Shown here one piece after another: positions 1-14,539 of a DNA stretch of 64,000 nucleotides. The notes beneath the pieces are model-generated. The model ran no database searches. It was not told the DNA's origin and saw only the letters and a program-made list of their open reading frames with translations. Made by a program: the position numbers and the translations under genes. Source of the DNA: Trichoplax adhaerens. Taxonomy: Eukaryota > Animalia > Placozoa. The DNA lies in contig NW_002060943.1 of the NCBI RefSeq assembly GCF_000150275.1, positions 12,042,522 to 12,106,521 on the forward strand, written 5' to 3'. Numbering within the stretch: position 1 is the first letter of the stretch; each line of letters opens with the position of its first letter.

Positions 1-64
1 AACATTTTTGTTTCTTCCATTTCTCTTACTCTAGGAGCAATCTTCTCTTTACTAAATCGAGCAG
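1..64 (-). CDS. Partial exon of a second short/branched-chain acyl-CoA dehydrogenase (ACADSB-like) paralog; continues out of the window to the left; may be a pseudogene
   Basis: After acceptor ctaaag| at 65 the minus strand reads (A)ARFSKEKIAPRVREMEETKM in phase 1. This aligns with exon 2 of the ACADSB-like gene at 57960-58060 ([21 protein letters not shown]). The expected exon 1 (~105-240) shows only a trace (MLKE) and no clean frame. Confidence 0.7.
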
Positions 65-474
65 CTTTAGTTTGAAAGCAAGAGCAAAATTTGAATCCTA
101 TACTACCATCACATGAATACTCCTTCAACATAAACGTAATTGACCAATGGATGCTTGAACAGTATATGCATTTACGAGATAATATCAGTTGATTTCAAGA
201 ACCGTATGGAGATAGAAAGGATAAGTTTAACCAAGACTACTCGTAGCTTATCGTTTATTTACTTAATTAAGGTTTACATGCTGTGATTACATTTAACTCC
301 TATTCGTCACTGGCATTTACTACCGTACTCTATTCCAGTAGTTTTCGAAACATTTTCACTAAATAAATCAATCAAATTAAAATCGTGATCGAGTTTTAGT
401 AGTTTTCCTATCTTCCTGTTATACTTTCGTTAATGCTCGACTCTATGCTTAATAGTCTGAATGATAGCGACGAA

Positions 475-1697
475 TCTAGTATTCAATAATCTTGATGTAT
501 CAATTTAATACCAAATCGAGGAATAATTCTAAATAAGTTGAAGATGAGCAATTAGTATTTCAGTATTTACCGTTATCTTTTATCATCTGTTCTTCTTCAG
601 ATAATTCTACTAACGGTAGATTAGAATGAAAGGCTTGCTGGTAATTGTTGTAGTAATAGCACGATGATGATAGTTTGCTATAACGAGATAAATACAGTCC
701 TGTACGTTTGAATATCTGCCTGGTTACGAACATGGTGTTGATAAATTCTAAGTCACGATGATCACTAGAAGTTTTTGTAATGAAATACTCGTCTCACGTA
801 ATTGCACTAGATTAGAAATGGCTGATTTAATAACATGTTCCATTCACTCGATATCGCTATAATTAATATATAGTCTACGAGTATACGCATAATAAGATTA
901 ATATTCTACATCAATGGATAGACATATCTGTAAGACCACCTTAAGTACAAAGGTTGATGGCAATATGATATTAATTTATGCATGTGTTTATTTACCCCAC
1001 CTGCGACAATGCTAGAGATCTTAATAATAGCAGGAATGATTAAAGAAAAATTCCGTATTTTAGTATCCCCTGCTAATAGGATGGAGAAAGAATATCAAAC
1101 CTAAAGAAAAGGCGTGAATGAGTTCCGTCTAATTCTGCATCAATGACTAGTTAAGAAAAACAAACTTTTCATGTTGCATCAACAGGGTTTCGTGTAAAGC
1201 AATGTGGTGAAATCGTAAACATAGCCGTGAAAAAGAACGTTATACTCACATAAAAACATAACCAGAATGGATCCTTGCCATGCTATAAACCATTTAATGT
1301 ACTACATTGTCGCCACATTTATGGCATTTTTATAACGGTAGTTTAGTGTTGATAAGTTTAATTTACGGTAAAGCCATACAGAACATTTCATTGACTTACG
1401 GACGCTTACTTTATATATTAATGTGTTTTATTTTATTCATGGAGCAGGATTATGTAAAACGCAAATCAAGAAAAAATAATTTTTTCGAAGCGTTAATACT
1501 GTGATATACCGTATACAGCTTCTAGTTTAGTGTCTACAACTAAGAGTTTTTGTGAGAATACTATGTTGGAAATCATTTGAAATTTAAATTAAATTCTCGA
1601 ACTTCAATAATCCAAAATAATGAATATCGAATATGAGTAATGGACGACTGCAGTAATAACGCTAAACGCCCACTTTTCTACTTCTTTGGATCTACAA
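475..1697 (+). repeat. Diverged ~1.2 kb duplication, copy A (copy B 2847-4008); probable decayed LRR-gene relic
   Basis: Collinear shared blocks, e.g. gaggaataattctaaa.aagttgaagatgagcaattagtattt, cataataagatt, gaatggatc.t...catgctataaa, cactttt.ta.ttcttt.g.tcta.aa. Broken frames give LRR-like peptides (HNKINIL, LEILIIAG, FSNFNN). Confidence 0.85.
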
Positions 1698-2846
1698 TGC
1701 ACATTACCTTATGGCAATAACTGGGGTACAAGAGTATTTTACAGCTGAAGTATTTCATTATGTGCAAAGCAGTAAAGTGCTATTAAACGCTAATTAAAAA
1801 ATCTATTAACTTAATATATAACTGCACTAAGAAACCTGAATGACAGTAATAGCTAGAGGCACTTTAATGCTTAATACATTTACCGAATTTACACTCCGAT
1901 ACTATTAATTCATTCATTAATGCACATCTGCTATACATCAAAAATATAAAGTAGAAATCATTCTTTTGCTGCATACAATTGGTTTCAAATTTCTTGACAC
2001 CCTTGTTATCTTATACATCAAGAGTAATCGAGCAGTTCCATGATTGCTCATTAGCAAAGCATGATTTATCATTTCACGAAAAGGCATTTTACTCGGACTC
2101 GTGCATGTCACAATCTGAGTGCAGGTTGTATTTTCTCAATATTTCAGAATACTCGTATACATGCAAGTTTTTATATTGTGTGTACTTAATATACAAATTC
2201 TATGAATTCATTTTAGTTTATCGCTAAATGACATCTAGCAAGTAAACTCACAATGTAGTTCTATTAGTAATATCACGAGTTACCTATCACTGCATTGCAA
2301 CATTGTTATGTTTACTAAAATTTTAAAACGTGATTCCGTTGCTGTGATACTTTATTTGTGAAAGAATTGATTTATCGTTAGAAACATACTTATATTCTAC
2401 TTTTTTTAACATTATAATACTTATGAATCATTTGCTATGTAAATTTGAATTTAGCCTTATTAGTGTTCAAAATAATAATAAATAGCTTTAGATCTTATTT
2501 CGTACATGTAAGATATAGCCAATAAGACAAAGCTAATCTGTGCTTATTAATTTAACAATTCCATATTATTCTTCTATTTTATTAATTTTATATCCAAAAT
2601 TGATGTTTGAGTAATTATGTTTGCATTGCATTTAACTCACATCTCGCACTATCATATGCTGCAATGATGGATATCAACTATTCTTAGCAGGACAGAAAAT
2701 ACAGGAGTTTATCATATACCATGCATTTTCATTTGGTAATCATGCAATGCACTGTATTGCGTGGGAAATTTTCGGCGTTGCAATGACCTTGTAATATTCT
2801 CCTGCTATTAATATCCATAAATAGTTTAAGAATAATAAGCTCCGAC

Positions 2847-4008
2847 TCTAGTATCCAATAATCATATACTGTATCAATTCCATATCAACCCGAGGAATAA
2901 TTCTAAACAAGTTGAAGATGAGCAATTAGTATTTTTAGTATTTTCAGTATTCACCGCTATCTTTTATCATCTGTTCTTCTTTAGATAATTCTAATTACAA
3001 TAGATTCGAATAAAATTGCTGCAGTGATATCAAGGTGCTGATAGTTTGCCATTACGAGATAATTATAATCCTGCGCGTTTGAATATCTGCTTGGCTACAG
3101 ACATGATGTTGACAGACTCTTGCCCGTCATGCTCACTAGAAGTTTTTTAGTGAAATACTTATCCTACGGTGACCTGTGTGTGATTGCATGTAATACTGTA
3201 CTAGACTAGAAGTGGCTGATTTTTCGACTACTTATTCCATACAATATATTCCGTCATAATAAGATTGCTATTTAACGTCAACGGATAAATATATCTGTAA
3301 GACTGCCTTGATTACAAAGGTTAATGGCAGCATGATACTAAATTATGCATATATTTATCCCCCTTTAGCCAATGATAGAGATCCTGATATAATAGAGGAT
3401 ATCAAGGCTTAGCTAATAAAGGGCGTTAATAAGTTCTATCCAATTTTTGCTTTCGTCTTTTAACTCCGGTAATTAAGGAAAGTAAACTCGATTCTGCATC
3501 AATAGAATTTAGAGTAGAGTAGTACGATGAAATTGTATCGTAAATATGCCGGTTCAGAGACCTCCGTCGTGATATGCAATATAATTGGAATGGATCTTGG
3601 TTCATGCTATAAAACATTTTAATATACTGCCGTTACTTTTTTGGGAATTCGTACTAATGGCATAGCAATGATAGGCTTTATTAACGGCAAAACTACAGAT
3701 GATATTTCCGTGGACTATAGAACTGAGTAGCTTCTAAACTGATATGTTTTATATTATTCAAAGATGGATTATATTGCAACATAGATCATGAAAAATAATC
3801 ATTATAAAGAGTTAATACTGTCACATACTGCTTGAAGTTTATACGTCATCATCGACAAGCGGGAACTATTTGTAAGGACTGCTACCTCAGAAATCAAATA
3901 AAATTATCGCAGTTGAATAACTTAAAAATAATAGATATGGAATGTGAAAAATTAATGGCTATATTAATTGTACTTAAAACTCACTTTTATATTTCTTTAG
4001 GTCTATAA
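2847..4008 (+). repeat. Diverged ~1.2 kb duplication, copy B (copy A 475-1697); probable decayed LRR-gene relic
   Basis: Direct-orientation homology to 475-1697. The frame from 3901 reads KLSQLNNLKIIDMECEKLMAIL (LxxLxxLxxLDL-like). Many stops. Confidence 0.85.
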
Positions 4009-7000
4009 AAATTCTATTCTCTAAAGTTATAGCTCTGTTTATTAGTAATGGTACCAGTCATCAGTTTCGCGTTGTATTCTATAATATTGGTTTCACGGAC
4101 TGGTAGTAAGAAAAGTGCCATATCTACTGTTTTGCATCGGTACTCAGGGTAACATCTTTGATATGGAGAAATGTAAAAGGTTATAAAGGATTATATTTAA
4201 AATATTACCTAACCATTAAATTCTAGTTAAAAATAGCAGGAAATTACCAGAATAGAATTACCCCTTAACACTAGATGGTAAAATAGATGGATATTTTTGT
4301 CATGAGAGATAATTTTTCAAAGCAATCAAGTTTATTTAGGTTAATCATTTTATCCTTTCATACGACGCTTGCTAGCAATATCTGCTAAACTAACTCTGAT
4401 CAGAAAGTTAAAAATACGCAATTCTCGAAATCGGTTACTGATCCTGATGATAGCTATCTTAGCTGACTTACGAGTATTCCCGTACAGTATATTAACTCAT
4501 ATTTTCAAATGATCATGCTTTTACAATTGTGGTTTCCTTGTACTAAATTCAGCGGTTAATAGCCGAGAATAGTAGAAGTAAAATAATGAACTTAATATAG
4601 TAACTGATTGCTTTGTAAAGAATCTCTTTTTTATGTGGTATTATTGTAAATTGGGACGCTGAATTTGGCTTTAGCTTTATTGTAAGTCACGTAGCATAAA
4701 TTATACTAGATATACTTATATCGCTTGTAGCTAGATGTATATAGAATAAAGGTTAACTTCGAGTTAATAGTTAGCTCACACAGCCATCACCAAGATTATT
4801 GGTGGTGTAGGATAGTTAATGAAGACTTTTAGATAATATAGAATATCGTACTTCATTTACCGATTGAAATTAAGGAATCTTCCAATAGGTCTGCAAATGA
4901 AACAAATAAATTTTAATTCGTAATATATATAAGTGATTAGAGTTTTTAAATTTATTAATTTTCGGACAAACAATTACTTGTAAATGTTTAAATACGTCAT
5001 TTCAAAATTACGATAGTGACAAGGTCACAAGGTAAGCCCGAATAGCCGACAATTTTGATCGCAGAAAAAAGATCATTTCTTATTGTTACTCTCTTTTGAC
5101 TTTAGATAGAGAAAATGAACGTGATTATTTTATGAATACCACCATGTCAACGTCTTTTCATAGTTCCGGTAAATCAGAATACCTATTACGTGCTAATACA
5201 ATTAAATTCTTTCCATATTAATCACTTTAATCATCTTACATATTTAGTAAGAAGTGTCTATGCTGCAGAATAAACGTGTAGGGATACCTACAGTACATTA
5301 GTGAAGTAGAAATAAATCTACTGAATAACGTTATAAGACGTTTTAATGAGCCTTAACCTGTGTCGTTAAGCTAACAGCATCCAGTTTGACTGATTTATTA
5401 CAAAGGTGATAAGATTGACATTTCATTGATTACCGAAAATAAAAGAACTCCTAATATAAATTGCTGTATAATCTCTTCAAAATATGATATAGATAGATTT
5501 TAGCACAATCGTCCTCATAGTCTTTCCTAGAACTGTACATGTACATATGCTCAAGCACCATTTCTCAGAAATTATTTATTACAAGCAGGAAAAGTTTGAG
5601 TGTTTCCTTACTGTTACTTGAAGGTTAGTCTTTAGCCGCTAGTAATGCAGTCAGATGTGCTTATGATATTCCATAATTGTTCCAGACGAAAGCAATTAAG
5701 AGTTTCCTTACATGTAGGATCAAGATATAGTTTGGGAGGTATTAATAGTAGGTACTTAAGAAAACTAACAGACTTTATTGAACCGTCTCTTTTGAAGATT
5801 TTTCAATGACTGTGGAACGTTACGTAAGTTACCAAGTAGCTTAATTAACTTATTTAATCAACAGTTATAGCATATGCCAATAAACCTAATATATTATTAC
5901 AGTATCAACGAATTACTGATAAACGTAGCGGATAAGCAGGCAGACAGTTTTTCCATAGTATATACTATTGAATAGTTCATTAATTAGAATTAGTCTATGG
6001 CTATTGTACCGTACTGTCGAGAAATTTCAATCGATTTAATGAAATAATTCCAGCCGTTAGACATTGATAGTTACCGTACTATTTATTAAATTAGATGTAA
6101 ATAATAAAATTAAAAGCTTGATTATCAATCAATTATTCATGATAAATCACTACTTTTTCATTCCATTTTACGCGTGGTTGTGAATTTGCGTTTTATGTAT
6201 ATATACGCATACACGTAGCATCTTTTTATGAAGGCTTTTAATCGATATCATCATAGCTTGATGGCTGGTTATTACTAAAAGACTATATGTAATATGTACT
6301 AAATCATATTGGTGATTTATTTGAGACGCAAGGCCGACATTAATTTAAGATCTTAGGTGATTTTTGCGCGTTTGCTTTAATAATTATTATTGGTTAAACT
6401 GTATATTTCTGTGCTTCTCTTTTCGGCATCTTGCGGAATATCGCAGTGAACAAGAATTTAAGCAAAAATTTGGGGATTTTAGGACAATTAAAGGTACCGT
6501 AACATAATTAAATAACATTCTTTAATCTATTTTCTCTGATTGTTATCTTTCAGTGACTAAAAACCAGTTTAAATTTTGTATTCTGTAGAGTAATTAAGTC
6601 ATATTTTTTAATCTAATCCTTTATTAACTTAAACGTAGCATAAATAGAAAATTATTCTACTACACGAATGATTAACACAAACGTATATGCATTTCTTATT
6701 ATCTACTACAGTATGAAGACAAAAATGAGTAGATTAATAGGTATGTGTATTATTAGAAAAACTATAACCGCCATCTTTATTTGCCTGTTTTCTTTGTCAT
6801 ATAATTTCTAATCTACCAAATAATTACGAAGCAGTGAACTCGCCACCTATCATTAACAATCACTTATATTCTATTATACCTTCGTGAAACATTTACTTCC
6901 AAAGGAAGGATCGCTATGTACTTATTATTGATCCATTTTCAGTAAATTAACAAAATTTTAAATGGCATGCATTAACTGTACGCGAAATTTAATGAATGAT

Positions 7001-9220
7001 GCTTGAAATTTGCAGATTTATATCTATTAATCTCGATAGATGATTAAAGTAATTATTTATCATACATTTTCTATCATAACTACGTTATAAAATTCATAAA
7101 GCATCGCCATAATTACAGCAGTAGTAATTTGGAACAGCTTATTCTAAAGTATTAAAATCGAGCATTTATTTAGTTCTAAAATGAGACTATGAAATTACGC
7201 GTATAAAATCAATATATTACAAGAACGAAACAGTATCATAATATTAACTCTAAAAATACTAATATATATAGAGCAGCGGTTACTCGTCCATTTAGACAAC
7301 TGATCATGTAATAGACTTTCAGAAATTGCTTACAATTAACTTCAGGCGTAATCTTCCCTCTTTCACTTTCTAAACCTTTTCAAACTATTTTATGTTAAGT
7401 GGAATTTGCTAATAGTATTGATATCACAGCTGTCAAAGCATTACTCTATATATATGAAACTAGCCTCAATTGAGGTATTACAACTACAGCCAAAATCTGT
7501 AAGGAAATTATAATCTGCGATTTAATCTAAACAAACAATAAATAAATAAATGATTTTACTGTAAATAATCGATTTCCAGGATAAGTGTATTGCAGAAAAT
7601 GAAAAGTAGATCAATTGCGGTATCAAATTAAGTGCTGTTATCCATTGTGTTATCATCTACAGTACGAACTTCTACCTTAACAAAACTACCATTTCTAACA
7701 AAAAAGATTTCTAACCAACATTAGGTGGTTAGACTCATATTACCATCAATATAAACTAGCTATACATAACCTACAATCTAAATGAAACTACTATACTATT
7801 TATATCTGAAGAGAATGACTAGCTATCCTTTTAATAATTAAAATCGTATCTCCAATCTATCTGATCAAATTTTTTTATTACAGTTATCTTATTAACATCT
7901 GATTTATGAACTAAGTATCAAATACTTCTACTCTAATTTTGCATTAATAATCTCTAGTATTACTCGATAAAGGCTTTATTGATCAAAATTGGCGAAAAAT
8001 AAGACTAAAATTTTGATTTAACATTTCTTGTGCAATTTTTAAACGTAGCCAGTAATTTTACTTTAGTTTATACAAGTATGAGTATGCGCAAGAAATTATT
8101 GTCTACAAATTTGCTTAAAATAACTTTGTTATTCTATAACATTATTTTCTTGCTAATTTTGTCATAACAATACCATAGTTATCCTTATTTTAATAATTTT
8201 ATTAACGTTTGATCAAAATATCAATAAATACTGTAAGAGTATTTACAGGATAGTTAACTCTTGCTATTTATTATTAGTCAAAATGTTACACCATAGATTG
8301 TAACATAACCAATTTATTTATGAATCTTTTATTTAAATAATTCTGTCAAGATAAGCATACAATATCGTATTGCTCTCACAAAATTTTTAATGAGTGATAT
8401 CGAAACTATCTATCGTTCCAATTATTTCTTAAAGATATTTATAGTTCAGTAATTTCTTTAGATGTCGTATTTGAGACATATACTATCCATACTCAAGATT
8501 GAAACTAAGAATAATTTTCCTGAAGTAAAGTTCAAATAAGTTTATTTAATAATTGCAAATTTGACTATTAAATAAATAAATATAATCGACTTGATCGATT
8601 CATATGGACTCAATATAGTTGGGGTATTCAATAAAAAAGTAAATAATTGATGTTATTTCTCGACATTTTGGTAGCATCTGTATCTAATTCAGCTGTTTCT
8701 TCTAGGGTAAATAAATACCAATACATTATCTATCGGAAAGTACTAATTTTACTTTACGGACAAAAAAAATTAAATTCATCATACATTTTTATTACTACAA
8801 TAGCAGTTTTTCCTCGTTATTAATAGATAGAAAAGTAATGAGTCATATCTTGTACCCCACACCCCAGCTAATTCTATAGGTAATTATCTGAAAGTGAATG
8901 TTTCTTCTGTTGATACATGGCCCTCAAAAATGAAACGTCTTATTTCAGGAGATAAATTTTTTATTATAAGCTATTGCTAACTCATCTAAGGATGTCTATT
9001 CTATTCAGTTTTAGATAATGACCTGTTGTATTATACATGCATTGGCTGCAAAGCCTGTAATATACAAATTTTAAACAATGCTTATAGTTCTGTACAATTT
9101 ATATCTGAACTTTCTGCGGAAATTTTATAATAATTACGCGTTATTCCATCTTGAAATATGTATAGACGAAAATGAAATTTTTGATGACGTCAAAGATTTC
9201 GTTATTTGTAAATAATTGCC

Positions 9221-9758
9221 ACAACTACCCTTGCGACACAAGGAAACAACGCAGTAATTATAATAAACTTTAAGTTAATCCGCAGAACTACTTCCCTAGC
9301 CTACGGTATAGTAACTGGAATCCTTGCGAACTACTAACTCGCTGAACACACTATGCGATATAAAACTAACGCAAAACTTAGCCTTAACATGAAAATCACT
9401 ATTTATTGATCACAGTCCTTCTTATATACTCTTTCAGTAGTTATAAACATGTTTACTATGCTACCAACATATTTCAATAACAAACATGTTATTACGATTG
9501 AATTATCAAATACGGACATTCGAGCTAATAAACAACTTCATACGTAAATCTACTTCGACTGCAAGCCCTGTCAAGCTCCTATGTTTTCGATATAAGTATC
9601 TTGTAACATATTTCTATATCATCATAATATCATAATAGCTTAGAATATAACTAACAATAATAATTCCTAAAGTAGTAGTTCATACTTCTAAAAAGTTCGA
9701 AACAAAATGTTATCATAAATTACACGTCCGTATCTAAGTTATTTTGATGACTGTGACA
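9221..9758 (-). repeat. Dispersed ~540 bp repeat, copy 1 of 3 (others: 31759-32294 inverted, 45881-46173 direct with internal deletion)
   Basis: Shared blocks ctacccttgcgacacaag, cctagcctacggt.tagtaactggaatc, cctaaagtagt.gttcatacttctaa, and a common end at ...gtgaca. The LRR-like reading lies on the minus strand in this copy. Confidence 0.9.
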
Positions 9759-10713
9759 ATAATGTAGCGTTAAATTGTAAACTCCGGTTAAATTCAAATT
9801 AAAAATTAATACCAATGAAATAAGCGATATTATAATATAGCAGTTAAATTTTGATATTAGTAGGTCAGCCCAAAGACTCAAAACTATTGATTACCGAAAT
9901 CACAATTTCTCAGTGTCAATCAGAATCTGTGCATGCATAGTAATAAACTTATTTTACTTATTATTGTATCATAGATAACAGTCTTATAACGATCGTTTCC
10001 TTGTTTGCTAGTTTGATGTTATTTTAATTAGCTTTGATTAAAATTTTTCTCAGCAGATGTTATTGAATTAAAATGATACAAAATGGCTCGTACGAGCTTA
10101 TACATTGGTACATAAAATTCTGAATACCGCAATAGTAAGATTTGTTCGTTTTGCTATTTTAAGATTTAGGATTGATGTTACTGGTACTGTCTTGTCTTGA
10201 CTAGATACGGTACTTGCATCGTTTGCTTGGACAACGACATCTTGGTAGAGATGAATATTTAAATATTGTAGTATCGGTACTGTCTTTATGTTAATTTCTT
10301 TGATTTTAAACACCGATGAATTAATTAATTAATCATTAGGCGACGATTGAAATTAAATGAAATTTTGTCCCAGTTCATGTTATAATTGATACTTTGGCAT
10401 TAAAACTGTTTAGCTTATTGCTTATTATTGTGCATCTTACGTTACGTTAACCGTAATTTCAGTATTTACGTACGTCTAGAGCTAGTTTTTATGCAAGCTT
10501 TTGGAAGTGTCCTACCAATATAGCATTGATTGCTAGAAGATTCTAGTACCAGGCAGACATAGAATTGGTACTGTCGGTAGTCTAATCATATTAGCTTTGC
10601 TCTACGTTTTCTGACAGGTCTATCAAATGGTAATACTATCTGTTAAATGAGCACATTATCGTAAACCGTCAGCAAAGCGACCGGAGTTTGCACTAGTATC
10701 TATAAAGCGCAGA

Positions 10714-11715
10714 ATGAATAATTCCGCAAATAACATGACAAGTTCGGATATTTTATCCTATCTTTCTAAATATGCAGCTATTGTTTCTATTCCGCTATTC
10801 GTTGTTGGATTAATTCTTAATATGTTTATGCTTTACCTATTCTTTATCGATCGACAACTCAAAACGACTACTTACCGATTAATGAGTATGTGTGTTACTT
10901 CGGACACTCTAGCTACGGTGGCCACGATAGTATGCTATTCCATTGTATCCGATTATAAATTAAATTTTGCTCAGGGAGAATTATTCTGTCGTGTTACCGT
11001 GCTATTCATTTTTGCATCATATCTTGTATCTGTAATGAATCTATGTCTAATAGGAATAGATCGCTATTTTATGGTTGTTAAGCCGTTTTCAGTCTTCTAT
11101 CGAAGATACAAGAATAATTTCATAATTATCAGCGAAATTACGATCTGGGTCTTGGCAGTTTGCATTCATATACCACTATTCCAGTACGTATCAGTTCATG
11201 AAGAGGACCCGTTATTATGCGATTTTCCAGATATAACGGCATCAGTCTCGGTCTACCTAATATGCCATGCTTTCATTTTATTTATAATACCAGCAATTTC
11301 GCTAGCTACTATATATGGTAAAATTATTGCCCATCAAAAGTCTTATCAACAACCAGGACGACATTTACAAAGGAATTGGATAGAGCAGCAAGCAAGAAAG
11401 AAACGAATCATCAAAGTTCTGATTAGTATTTCTGCAACATATATCGCCTTAAGTTGGCCGTTTTTCGCGGGTAGTGTACAAATGGCAATAAGTGGTCAAT
11501 CTCTTATGCAATTGCGTCAACAAAGTATTTTTTTGTTTCTGTTGGCGTTTTTCTCTATGGCGGTAACAGTATCGGTAGTAGTCTTAAATCCACTTATATA
11601 CTTAAAGTTTGACCAAAATATACGAAAAAGAGCGCTAATAATACTTAAGCGAATGGAATTGCGTGTAAATCGGGTTGTACGAATATCCTCCAGAAATGCA
11701 GATGAAGATATTTAA
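10714..11715 (+). CDS. Intronless rhodopsin-like (class A) GPCR, 333 aa, orphan
   Basis: Seven hydrophobic segments. TM1 GLILN, TM2 SDTLA, TM3 NLCLIGIDRY, TM4 W..HIP, TM5 FIIP..IYGKI, TM7 LNPLIY. Cys at top of TM3 and in ECL2 (DPLLCD). N-terminal N-x-S/T sequons. Confidence 0.93.
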   Translation: MNNSANNMTSSDILSYLSKYAAIVSIPLFVVGLILNMFMLYLFFIDRQLKTTTYRLMSMCVTSDTLATVATIVCYSIVSDYKLNFAQGELFCRVTVLFIFASYLVSVMNLCLIGIDRYFMVVKPFSVFYRRYKNNFIIISEITIWVLAVCIHIPLFQYVSVHEEDPLLCDFPDITASVSVYLICHAFILFIIPAISLATIYGKIIAHQKSYQQPGRHLQRNWIEQQARKKRIIKVLISISATYIALSWPFFAGSVQMAISGQSLMQLRQQSIFLFLLAFFSMAVTVSVVVLNPLIYLKFDQNIRKRALIILKRMELRVNRVVRISSRNADEDI

Positions 11716-12363
11716 ATTGCACTTTCATCAAATTTATTTCGATTAAATTAGGAATAAAGTAGGGTAGTTCAAAGTGTAGTAGTAGAATTTTAAACAAAGT
11801 AAAGTATATAATAATTATCTTACTTAAATGCCAATTACTTTTGGTCATCCTCTAAAGTTTCAGTACACGTATACGTTACTTTCGGCAGACCTTCTTAGTT
11901 TGATAGTTTTCAAAATGCGTAGTTTTGTGATGTATGGTAGTTATTAGCAAGAGTCATCAAAGATCTAAATTAAAATATTGATCAAGTACTCGTATAATGA
12001 CATGAAGATTGTTATTTTTAATTGTCATTTAAAGTATTAATTACATATCATAAAAGAAATATTGATGCATTTATTATTATACATTGTACATCGTGTCGAT
12101 AATAATTTTTGTGACGTAAGAAAAATAGCAAGATATTAGGTCAATGCACAGTTTGCAATTTCGACTGATAAAATCTCTTTTGCTAATTCCGGGATAAATG
12201 AAATTTGGGTGAGAAGATATTCAATCATGTAAACTAATGCGATGTCATCATTGCTAATCTTTACACTTGAAGCTTCAATATAGCAGTATCGCATTTCTTG
12301 CAGTCGTGAGTTTATATTATTTGGTCAAGTCAGTTTAACCATTTATTTAACTTGGAATCAAGC

Positions 12364-13405
12364 ATGGATTCTCTGAATAATATGACAAGTAATGGTACGG
12401 TATTGGACATTTTCTCTATAGTTTACAGGTATTCAGCTATCGCTAGTATTGTAGTATATATCTTTGGATTCATTTTCAATGCATTTGCCCTTTACCTTTT
12501 CTTCATTGATCACCATTTGAAGACAGCACTTTATAAATTAATGGATATGTCGACCGTATCAGACACTATATCTACATTGACTTCAATAATTAGTCATTGC
12601 TTAATCGTGAATAGTAAATTAAATGTCTCCCAAGGAAAGTTATTTTGCAATGTATTCAGGCTAATCGTTTTACATCTTACCTTGTATCTATGTTTAACTT
12701 GTGCCTGATAGGAGTAGATCGTTATTTTGTAATTGTTAAGCCATTTTTAGCCATTTGCACAAAATATAAAGCCTACATCTTAAGAATAAGTGAAATTGCT
12801 ATATGGTTATTAACAATATTTGTTCAATTGCTTCTATTCGATCATATGAGCGGTTGTAAAGAAGATCCTATGCTCTGCGATATACCCAATATAACGCCTT
12901 CAGCTAAAGCTTTCATGATTACACATATAATTTTATTTGTCATTCCAACGGTTGCTCTTATCATAATATACTATAAAATTATTACTTATCAAATGTCGTA
13001 TCGACTATCTGGAACGAATATAGAAAATCTGTGGATAGAAGGACAGGTTTAAAAGAAATGGCTGATAAAAGTACTTGCTAGAATATCCTTTTCGTATATC
13101 ATTACGAGTTGGCCACTTTTGCTGTTACTACTGGAGTAGCTTTAAGTGGTAAGACAATAATACAACTACGTCGAGAAAGTTCCTTCCTTTTCGCATTGAT
13201 CGTATTTTCTATGATGGCAATGGTCTCCATCAATATACTTAATTCGCTAATATATTTGAAGTTTGATCAAAATATAAAAAATGGGGCATTAATATTACTA
13301 CAGCGAATGCATTTACTACAATGCAAACGCGGTCATGCTATCGAAATAATGTCCGTTGAGGACACAAACACATCTTTTTTAGAGTATCATTTCTTCCATT
13401 TCTAG
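12364..13405 (+). pseudogene. Class A GPCR pseudogene (paralog of 10714 and 19382)
   Basis: The full 7TM is split over ORFs 12352, 12645 and 13109. Lesions: frameshift near 12670 (gtt tt aca), premature TAA at 13050-13052, second frameshift near 13115 after TSWP. NPxxY has become NSLIY; GVDRY is retained. Confidence 0.88.
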
Positions 13406-13669
13406 CGAAATCTTTAGCGTACGGTTGCTTTGTATGTGTTCCGTAGAAAATTGGAATATAGTTTTGATAATGATTTTAATCAAAGCGGATTCTTATGATT
13501 ATATGCACTAATATTAATATAATAAGCAGTTTAGCGTAGAAATTTGCCTTTAATGTCCACTTCGTTTGTATTGTAACGATTTTTATTCTGAATTTGCTAT
13601 ATGGTATTTTATAGCTGTATAATATACTCTTAATGTGCTTCGAATAAGAATATTTGAATATTCATAATC

Positions 13670-14310
13670 TTGAGCAACCTTGTTTACATATTAATTTGCT
13701 CGATTCAACCCATGTTTTACATGCTGATGTTTAATATTCTCTCAAGTCTTGATAAATCTGAGAAACATTTATCATTAGCAAAAAATTTACGTTTCCATAC
13801 ATTAACTTCTACCATAGAGTCAACTTATGCTATTTTTAATTTATTGAACGTGGGTTCATGACGTTACTTTATTAGATGAGATAATTTTTCCGTGTAAGAC
13901 AGAGTATAGTACTCTGTTTGTACCATGTCTTGTGAAATGCCTGGTATTTACAGAATCATTTTTACTTATTATGCGTATATTTGTCAAAATGATATTAATA
14001 ACAGAAACAATAAATACCCTCTGATGGTAGTAATTCGTCGTTATTCTATTCTTTACTTGAGGTTCATTATTGCCCATACCACTAATTATTAGTTTACTAT
14101 TCATTCATTAACTTATCAAGCTAAATTGATATTTTGTTTTCTTTCGAATAAAACTTCTTTACTTACAATACTTGCTTATTACTATCACTTAAATATCTCG
14201 TTCGCTCTTAAGTTCTGGAAGGTAAGAAATATCTTAGTGCTACTCAGACTACTAATGTTTTAAGATAACTACCGTACTATGACCACGGCCGCAATGGCTG
14301 TCACACTATT
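13670..14310 (+). repeat. Local diverged duplication, copy A (copy B ~14540-15192); LRR-like relic
   Basis: Shared blocks agtactctg.tt.taccatgtc.tgtgaa, ttcgtcgttattct.ttctttacttgag.ttcattattgccc, cttatcaagcta, atggct..cacactatt. ORF 13670 reads LSNLVYILI...HLSLAKNL. Confidence 0.8.
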
Positions 14311-14539
14311 GAATACGCATTGAATAAGCATATTATGGCTCAATTCAAAGTCATAAACAATAATAATATTCAATTAACAAATGAGGATTGTTGTCTACAA
14401 CACGGCAATCTCTAATACTATTTTTAATCACACGACAGTATATCATTACAGTTATTCTACTATCGCAAATTACTACTAGTAATATGCAAGGAGCATCAAA
14501 CTCCGTAACAATCCCCACACTTAAAGATAACCTAGGGGT

